Positions 9,835-19,300 of a stretch of DNA of 64,000 bases are shown piece by piece. Positions within the stretch are counted from its first letter, which is position 1. Each line of letters opens with the position of its first letter. The stretch is from Paraspadella gotoi. Its lineage: Eukaryota; Animalia; Chaetognatha. Where the stretch lies: assembly GCA_051294375.1 (NCBI GenBank), contig CM119267.1, forward strand, positions 14,749,694-14,813,693. The letters run 5' to 3'. A model generated the notes under the pieces. The model made no database searches and was not told the origin of the DNA. It saw only the letters and a list, made by a program, of their open reading frames with translations. A program made the translations under genes and the position numbers.

Positions 9835-11573
9835 ATGAAACCCAGGTAAGTAAAAAGAAAAACCAGTGGCTGCGCCAATACATGTAAATCACTTTCAAGT
9901 GCTTAAACTGAAAAATCATTTAAAAATAATATAAAGATATATTTTCATCATGGAGAAAAGTGCATTTTCACAAACGAATTTTTTTTTCCCAAATATTTCG
10001 ACTTATATTGCTAAGTCATCATCAGTGGCAAAAAGTGAAAAAACGAGAAAAATGATTTGTTTAAAAGAGTAAAGAGAGAAGGGGAAGAGAGAGAGAGAGA
10101 TGGTGTTTTTATTAATGACTACTGCCATTCCTACCAAGGTCATTTCTTCTCTCTCTCTCTCTCTCTCCCTTATATTGCTAAGTCATCATCAGTGGCAAAA
10201 AGTGAAAAAACGAAAAAAATGATTTGTTTAAAAGAGTAAAGAGAGAAGGGGAAGAGAGAGAGAGAGATGGTGTTTTTATTAATGACTACTGCCTATTCCT
10301 ACCAATGTAATTTCTTTCTTCTCTCTCTCTCTCTCTCTTTCTCTCTTCCCTTCTCTCTTTACTCTTTTAAACAAATCATTTTTCTCGTTTTTACTTTTTG
10401 CTACTGATGATGATTAGCAATATAAGTCAAATATTTGGAAAAAAAAAAATCGTTTGTTAAATGCACTTTTCTCCATGATGAAAATATATCTTTATATTAA
10501 ATTATTAGTGCTTTCGATGACGTTAAAAGAATCATTTAAAAATATATTTTTTAAAAAAATATTACTTAATTACCCTAACCTTAAACCCTTTTAACCCTAA
10601 CCGGTAACCACCCTTAACCTTAAACCACCCTTAACCCTAACCCTTTTTTAACCCCAGTCGGTAAAAGTAACCTTAAAATAAGAAAAAATATTTAATAATT
10701 AAATATTAAATAAATAATAAAAAAAGAATTAATATAATAAAGATAAAAAACAAATATTATTTTATTTTATTAAAGTGCAGATAAAGTTTATTTTGAATGT
10801 TCCTTTGTTTTAGAAAAAAAAATTATTAATTTATATTATTTTATAAAAAGCTTTTCTTTTTACAGCTCTTTAATAGAATAGGTTTTTTTTGTTTCAGAAA
10901 AAAAACTAGAACTTTCGTTTAATGTACTTAAACTAAAATTGATTGCTATTTTGTTTTTTAAAATACTTTTCTGTTTGTAAAACCATCTGGTTTATTAATA
11001 CTAAAACGGGTAAAAATTTATTATTTTGTGTAAAGCAATGCAAATAAAGATCTAGTGGGTGCAGACATACGAACAAATTTCTATAGAGAGTAAAGGGAAA
11101 ATGCTCATAATAGAGAAAATCAGAGACAAATCTTTTTAATAAGAAAGGTTATATAAACGAAAAAAAAATTTAAAAAAATTATAATTTCAGGGTCACTAAA
11201 GTGATTTACAATAATGCGGCGTAACACTTTGTTTAATTTACTTTTCGAATTTTGCGGTGCCCCTGGTCTGATTCGGATAACGAAGATAAAAAAGATCAGC
11301 GAGTTTCTCTACTTTTACAGCGTCTCCGAATCTAGCTCCTCGGAATCGCTGCTCAACGGGACTCGTGTTTCCTCCGTAGACGAGATCATTCGTCGTTTTC
11401 GCACTCGGATCCCCGTCCACGTACTCGTCTCATATTTTGACGAGTATCACCGACAGTTGCGAAGAAAAGACGGACAAAAGGCCGTCGAGATGAAGGGGGA
11501 AATCAAACAATTGGCCGTCAAGTTGTCGCAACTCTCGTTGGCCGAAAAAAGTGAATCCGACGAGTCACTTTAA
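9835..11573 (+). CDS. Small uncharacterised protein (about 87 aa) with an 11-nt first coding exon
   Basis: ATG AAA CCC AG|GTAAGT (phase 2) matches the TTTTACAG|C acceptor at 11321, giving MKPSVSESSSSESLL...IIRRFRTRIPVHVLVSYFDEYHRQL...ESL*. Confidence 0.45.
9927..10499. mobile_element. Foldback/MITE-like element with about 170-bp inverted arms and an internal tandem duplication
   Basis: 9927-~10100 is the near-exact reverse complement of ~10325-10499. About 10003-10169 is duplicated at about 10169-10335. Both ends are TA and the element has no coding capacity. Confidence 0.65.
10572..10653. repeat. Degenerate (CCCTAA)n telomere-like tract
   Basis: CCCTAA, CCTTAA and CCCTTAA units in tandem. 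Confidence 0.55.
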
Positions 11574-12100
11574 TCATTGACGCTCTTTTGTTTATTTATT
11601 TTCATCTCCAGTGAAAGGGGTGGCAAAAGGCCTGTACGATATTTTTTTTCCTCATTTCTATTTTTGAACAAAAGAAAATTATTTGATACTAATACACGTT
11701 CTATTATTTTGTTGACTTTTGGTCTTATCACTGAATGTGAAAGCTGATTGCAGTTAAGATAAATCATAAATAGCGATTGGCTTCTAGTTCGAAAAAGATT
11801 ACGCAGTTAATCGTTATGAAAATTTTTATTCAGCTAACCAATAACATGTCTCCAAAGGCAGATCAAGAGATAGACAAATTCTTCTCTAATTTTCATTTGT
11901 GGCATTTTATCCTAATATTATAGTTTTTTTTCTATAAACATATGTATTAAATGGAGCGAAGCATGAAAATTATGAAGAAATAAAAAATCAATTATGATTA
12001 TTTTCCCGATTGTCCGGTTCGGAATGCCTATTCCATGATTGACCAACGTTGTCAAATTTATCTACACTGACGCTAAAAGCTGTTTTGAATCCCGTCGACT

Positions 12101-15000
12101 TCACCTATGCAGGAGAAAACCTTTTTAAATTATATTAATTATATTATTAGTTTTATGTTCGTATTATATTAGTTAAACCTCTTGATAATCTGCTCACCTG
12201 AATCTCAATACTATCAGATCACTACAATTGATAATAGATTTCGCGATCGAAAGGGCCATTGTCGCGATTCCTGATTCGGGAAAGTATAATTAAAATATTT
12301 CAGTATTACAATTACTAAAATTATTTTAAACTTAGTTTCGAACGAAGCATTTCCACCTTGAGTATAGGCGTCTGCGGGTATCTTCGGCGAGTGAAATGCG
12401 TTGGGATACACCATTCTCTCGTGATCACCCAGAAGTACGGTCATTTGATTAGAGAGACGTATCAACTGGAAAAATAAAATAGACGTGAACATTGTTTCCT
12501 CGGCATCACGATGGAAACTTGTCTCTCACCTGCGCGTTCTGAGTTTTGGCCGCGATGACGTTGAGGTCGTGAGAATCAGGCATCGGTAGATTTTGAGCGA
12601 TAACGACGGCCTTGAGCGCCTTTTCCGCCGAGTGGTGGCACTTGTAGCAGACCCATTCGTAGGAAGCGTCGGCCGCATCGAAGTCGTGGCTGGCCGACTT
12701 GAGGTCGCGCTGTGCTTGACCGTGCCATCGTCGGCATTCCGCTACAAAAAAAATAACAATAAGACAGAATTGAAGAGATTACTGATTGAACGCCCATCGG
12801 TCACCAACCTCCTTGCGTCGAGCCGTTTCTCCAAGATTTTTGAGATTCGCGATCGCGATCAAAATTTCCTGGGGGGGTGGGAATCTTACAAATTAATAAA
12901 ATGGCCAAGAGAGCACTTTATTTGAAAGACAATATAAGTACCTCGCCAATTGTTGGGCTTATCGGCCGAGGGCTCGGGCGATGGCTCTGCCGAGGGTTCC
13001 CGCCCCGGGCTTTGGCCACGCGCACGCGCCCGTGTTTCACGCATCCGGTCGATGTAACTTTTATAAAAAGTATCGCGCGATTCGTGACTGGATTGAGTCC
13101 GACGAAATCTGGAAAACGACCCCGTTTGGCGATAGGGGTAAAAAAGGGAGGAATCTTTCAACGGTCGACTCTAAATTGCTATTCGAAAAAACTTCGACTC
13201 CTTAAATGGACAAAGAAACCCAATCGATAAATGGATCCGTTACGACACCAAATTCTTTGAAATTATTTCCAGTCGAGTTTGCACAAGCAATTAGTTAACA
13301 TTGAACCACGCGGGTATACATGGTATGACTTCCTATGATCCACTCGTTTGGTTGCTTTGTCGAGGAGTCACTTTTTCGAAACTAAACCCGAGAGGAGCAA
13401 AGAACAGAAAAAGTACGTGACCCGAACGGTTTGCTAGAAAGATAGTGACTTTTTAAAAGGATAACGGTTAAATTCTCGTCATTCAAAAAGATGGGTCATA
13501 GGATTTCAATTTGCGAAAAAGAATGAAAAATTTGGGACCCATTAATAGAGACAATCGTCAAAGCTTACTTAATTATTATATTAGGCACCGATTTAAATCG
13601 GTTCGTCTCATAATATAATAGGTCCGAAGTATTATTTATTGATCGGACAGTTATTAAAAAAAAAAGAAGATATTTACCAAATTTCAGATCCATCAGAACG
13701 GTAGATCATAAATGTCATGCAAGTAAAATTAGTAAATTGTATGAAAAAATCAGCGCACCGTTTACCAAACTTAAATGGGACCATATTTGCGTCAATACAT
13801 TATTTTAATCAATTTCAATCTATCACGGCGAATAGATTGAGGTAATTTTTATTACTCTACCTAGAAAAATTGCCGTTTCCCAGCTCGTCGTCGGGTTCTT
13901 CCGAAGCATCAAAAGTTTGCGATATATTAGAGAAGCGACGACCTAAATTTTGAATCATTAAATGTCAAAATACTTGTTATCGATGCTTACGTAGTCACGC
14001 CTCATTAATCAACCGTTCTCAAAAACAAGAGTAAAGTGAGTTTATACTTAATAGTATATCTCACCTTTCGAATCATGAGTCGCGGACTCGTTCTCGTTGG
14101 CTCTGGCACCATTGTCGTTCGCCGTCGAATTCGAACCGAACGAGTCTTTGAATCTTGAATTGTATCTGTCTTTGAAGGAATTTTGTGGCTCCTTGGGTTG
14201 GAAGGGGGGCGAGTCAGACTTGCTCGTTTGCGGCTGGGCCTGTGAGTCGAAGCTTCGCGATCCAGCGGCGAACTCTGTGAAGTCACCATGCAAAAAATTA
14301 GTTGAAAAAAAAAAGTACAAAAAATATTACGACACGAATTAACGAACCCTTTCTTTTCATGAAAGGAGATTGCCGTGGGCTGCTCGACCCTTCTTGCTTT
14401 TCTTCTTCAGCGGCCGTCCTGAACGATTGGGCCCGAGTAGCGCCTCGTCCTCCGGGTTTTCTCTTTCCGAACATAAAGTCTCTCCATTTGGAAAGTTTGA
14501 TCCGTGGAATGCCTGAAGTATTCCGTGAAATGTGTCTCTAAAATATTTCTTTTATTTTCTAAATACTTTTACTTAACTTACCTTCTTCGCAACGTTTCAA
14601 TTCCTTCTGAAGATGTTGAAACAAGATTTTTGCCTCTTCACTTTTGTCCGGATTTTTGTCCGGGTGCCACTCAAGTAATAAACGCTTCACAATCTGCAGA
14701 GAAAAATATTTTAATTTTTTACATCAATATCATAAAAATATAGAAGGGAGAAAGAATTGAAAATTACTTTTTTGCGGATGGCTTCGGGCTTTTCCCAAGC
14801 GTCGTCCAAAGCTTCCGATATTTTTTCTTTCATCTCTTCGATGTCGAAAATATCTTCGTCGACCGTGGCGTCCTGCGGATTGTCCCGTAACTCGTTAATT
14901 TTGACGACCCGAATCGTATAATGAATATATGTATGAATGAATGTATGTATTGAATGAAAATTCTAACCTCGCTAGATTCTTCGGGGAAGGATCCATTCAT
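12101..15000 (-). CDS. Sacsin C-terminus-like protein: J (DnaJ) domain, low-complexity linker and HEPN domain (about 450 aa, about 12 exons)
   Basis: The J domain reads ISEALDDAWEKPEAIRKK|IVKRLLLEWHPDKNPDKSEEAKILFQHLQKELKR (about 14580-14840). The HEPN domain reads ECRRWHGQAQRDLKSASHD...EWVCYKCHHSAEKALKA...SHDL...MVYPNAFHSPKIPADAYTQGIATMAL (about 12200-12741). One linker junction near 13170-13860 is not firmly resolved. Confidence 0.8.
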
Positions 15001-15337
15001 TCCGGAGCATCTGAGACAATAAAATCGTGAAAAGGAAAAGATATGATATTTTAGAAATGAATTTTTTCCCCAATTCCGTTTTGAGATTCTGACTTTAAAG
15101 TTTTGCTATATTCTACTGCCTGAACCAATTCAAATTTGTACCAATTAATAACTGTTTAAAATAGTTATATATTTTTTTTAAATTAAAAAAAATAATGGTA
15201 TATTTAAAACTAGTGGCTATTTTTTTTTCCGCCGCAGTGTATGTCATATTCTAAATATATTCAAGTTTTTTGTCCCTCACTTCCCAGTTTTTAGGGGCAG
15301 TAAAAGTTCAAGGCCCAAACTTGGTCAAACACACAAT

Positions 15338-15407
<70 letters not shown>

Positions 15408-15511
15408 TTTTCTCTCTCTCACGCACACACACGTTCCGACTACTTATGATTCCCCTATATTTCATTCTCTGTTTTGGCAGCCATTCAAAAACGACGGAAA
15501 AAAATTTGAAA

Positions 15512-16114
15512 ATGAAGGTTTTTATATTTTTCGTTGTGGTGATCCCACTGGCCTTGATCAACAGTAGACCAAGTGAACTAATCAGTAACGCGGAACGTGT
15601 GGAGAAAGATGGCTTTTGCCCAAGGCTCTCAAACTATTCGCTCTGTGACAGCAGCTCATGTCATTCAGTAAGTATTTAATTCATTATTAAACAATGAATA
15701 CTGATGTTATAAATAAATCTAACCACCGTATACGTTGACAGTTATAAATCCACATTAGTAATTACACAAGTTTTAATATAAGGATTTGGATTGCTCCAAC
15801 GATACCAACAAAAAATGTTGCCCTTCGTCTTGTGGAGCATCCCTGTGCCAGGAAGCCATTCCAGGCGTACGGCGCCCCGGTAAATGCCCAGCAATGAGCA
15901 AAGTAAGTATCAAAAAACGAAGGTAATTCGGTATTTCATAGACTAGAAATATAAAAAAAAAATCAATTTATAGGTATGGGTTGAGCCATATCCCGTACGA
16001 CCCATTAACCACTGCGATATCGATGAAAATTGCCAAGACAGCGAGGATCACAAATGCTGTGACACAATGATCACTGGAATCAAAAAATGCGTTAATCCTA
16101 TAAGAGATTTTTGA
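15512..16114 (+). CDS. Secreted double WAP (four-disulfide core) domain protein, putative protease inhibitor or antimicrobial
   Basis: The signal peptide MKVFIFFVVVIPLALINS is followed, over three exons, by KDGFCP...C...C..DLDC...KKCCPSSCG..C and RPGKCP...C..DENC...KCC...C. Confidence 0.82.
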
Positions 16115-16364
16115 TAAGCGAAGGCTTTCCAAAATCAAACTTTTATTTCTGATTTTAAAATACAATTTTTATAAAGATATTTTGTCTAAAAATAATGATA
16201 TTTACTCATGTTTTAACTAAATTAATTGTAAACGGTGGGTGTCATATCGAGGTCATCAGATCTTCATTATGCGAGAATCTTGTCGAATACTACCTTGTTT
16301 ATGATTTTGAAAAACTACGTAAAATCCACCAAAATTTTGAAAATAATAATTTTCCGACCACGTA

Positions 16365-19300
16365 TCACATTGCCGAGTAAGGCGCAGACGACATAACTGA
16401 CCTTTCCCAAAAAGTCTTTTTCCTCTCCTCCTTCTGCTGCTTTTTCTTCAAGAGCGGATCCTCCTTATCGAATCCGTACTTGGCGCGCCACTCGGCTTCT
16501 TTCGCCTGTTTCCGGCGAAGCCTCTCTTCTTCGAGCTTTTTCCGAGCTTTCTCCTCCAAGTCTTTCCTGGCTTTTCTGTGGAGATAAAAATAATCAAATA
16601 TATATTTGCATTAAGCTAGATAACTTTTTTTAATTAAGAAAAGAAGGTTGAGAAAAGAATTAAGCCATGTAGTAAAATCTGAGAATGCATGCTCTCGGTC
16701 TTTGCAATTTGAAAACATTTCTTGCTAAATTTTGTAAATAAAATTGTGAATGTTTAAAAAGAAATTTCATTTTTAATAGCAAAGATAGGAGAGAGTTGAT
16801 CGGCGTCAATTATTAAGGGACACCTGGTAGAGAACTCCCGGGTAAAGTAAAGAAGTTCAACTAGATAAATTTAAAAATCTTTAAAATCTGGATCCTTTCA
16901 ACTACAAATCACTTTTCGACGTCGCCGTTTTCTTTCTTTCTTTGTTATGATGAACTTTAAAACGTAAAACTGAATCATTAACCTTTCTTCCTCCGGCGAT
17001 TTGGGATCTTCCCTCTCGGCCCGGCTACTGGTTCCCGTCCCTGAGGCCGAGTTAGAGTAAGACGATTCGGATGGCGACCGGTAGGTGTCGCTGCCGTTCT
17101 CGTCCTCCTGCCCCATTTTCGGCTCGGCTTCGTCGTGCGATGCGCTTTTGTTTTTTTCCGCTTCTTCTTCTTCTACAATCTCCTTGGCCGGATCCTCGTT
17201 GCAGATCCGGTAGACGTCCTTGAACTCGGCAGTCTTCGTCTTTCGGTTGGCGCCGATATTTAGCCTGAGAAGATTCGAGGCGTCCGGTCTGGGAGTGAGC
17301 GAAAGCGCGAGAGGGAAAAGGGGAAACAAGCACCGAGGTTACGTCTATAAGCAAGCCATTACACCGTGTACTGCGGACCGTTATTTTAGCAGGGTTTTAT
17401 TGAGTGACTCAGTGTATGCACCAAAATTTATTTTCACGTGATCCAATTCAAGATTTCTTTTTAATTTCTTTTTTTTATTAGGTAACCAAAATTTGTTTTT
17501 ATTGGTAATTAAAAAAAATTAGTAATGGTGCAAATGTTTTCACCAGTTAAAGCGTGCAATTTTTTTAAATCAATGTGGTCAAAAAAGCCTCGTATTGGAT
17601 CAACGATAAAAGCAATTTTAATTTTTTTTGCTGGCAAAAACCTGAATTCTTTGAGATTGATGATGTCAATAATTGTAGCGTAAACGAACTTCCGGTGGTT
17701 TTCGAAGGATTTTGTCGAAATCTGCGTTTAAAATATGACAAGCGATGATAGTTTTTGTGATGTAATTAATTCGACATATTGTATTGTATAAAAAGTATTA
17801 TATCATATTAAGGAAGTGGTCTTTTCATACAATTGAAACATTCTTTGAAATATTATTCCGCTTCATTGATAGGGAAGCCAGGTACTCTGGGAATGAATAA
17901 ACGAGACTGTGAGAGAGTCTTGATTGAAAGCTTGCAGGGACCTGCTGAATCATTATCTTGTAAGAATGATGGAGGCCTTAAACCACCAAAGCCTGTCCAA
18001 AGTCAGCGGAAGATAGCTATTTGGCTTATTTTTACATTAGCCGACCGGGATATTTTTTTTTTGCTTCTTATGAGTATAGAAATCGCGCTACGCAAAAATA
18101 AAAAAAGAATACTGGTAAGGGTAGAAAAACTTTTTATTACAAATCCCTAACCACCCCTAACTCTAACCACCCCTATTCCCTAACCGATTTTAACCCAATT
18201 TCTAACCATTTAAATAATATAACATAAAAATATTGTTTTTCCTTTCCTTTCCTTTCCTTTCCTTTCCCCTGTTTACGTACGAGTTTTATTAAGAAACATA
18301 AATTTAGTACATGTTTTGGCTTCAATGTAAACCTTATTCAGCGCAAAAACGAATTGATTTGTGAAACACACTTTGGAGTTTGAAGAGAGAGAGAGAGATA
18401 CAGAGAGAGAGAGAGAGAGAACTATTGTTTATTATAAAATTATAAAATTTGTATTACAGATAAAAAAAAAATATATTATTGTGCAAACTGAGACTCGACG
18501 CTAGAGGGAAAACAAAATTAAATGGATTAACAAAAGTTAGTTGTGGACGTCGAATAGTAAAGTTACCCGCTTATTTATTAAATGAATGAATAATTTTTTA
18601 TATTGGTTGTACCAATTTCATTTAAATTATATATCTCTGCAATTTTCTCTTTTCAAAATTCGCGTTGCTATTTTGTTTTTTTTTACCTCGTGGGGAAAAG
18701 CGACGGGTAATCCAACGTATTCGCCTTTTTTCAAATGTCTTGTGGCGGATGTTTCGCTCATCTGGGTGAGACATCAATTAAAGAAAATTTAATTTTCTTC
18801 AATTTAATTCGATTCAAACTGTATGTGAGTAATGTGAGTAATGAATGGGAGTGACGCGCGAACGAATTTAATTCAAAGTCCCCCCCCCCCAAAAAAAAAA
18901 GCATAGAATAAAGATATTAATTAATTGACCAACTGAATAGCCTATTACCATTAGAAAATTAAACACGGGATACTCACGCAATAGAGAAACGTGCAGTAGT
19001 GAGCGGGAATGAAAGAGCCTGGTGTCGGGTAAGGCCGGTCGTCCTTCTTGGTCGAAGAGGACGCGCCGGTTTGTGGAGGATTGGGGATAGGCGGGTGCCG
19101 GGCCCCCGGTTCGATGTCGTCCCACTCGGTCTGCGGCGGCGAGACCGGCGGCGGCTCCGGCGACCGCGCCTGATCGGACAGGGGCGTCGCGGTCGACGGG
19201 CGGCTGCCGGCGGCGGACCCGGGACGAAGAATCGTCGATTCGGCCGGAGCGGGTCCGGTACCGTGGACGGGGCTCCTGGTACCGGAAAAGGGAGCGTCTT

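Noticed and set aside
12200-12741. HEPN as a horizontally acquired bacterial toxin-antitoxin or defence RNase
   Set aside because: It has spliceosomal introns, a sacsin-type sequence context and a linked J domain. There is no adjacent nucleotidyltransferase and no canonical Rx4-6H motif.
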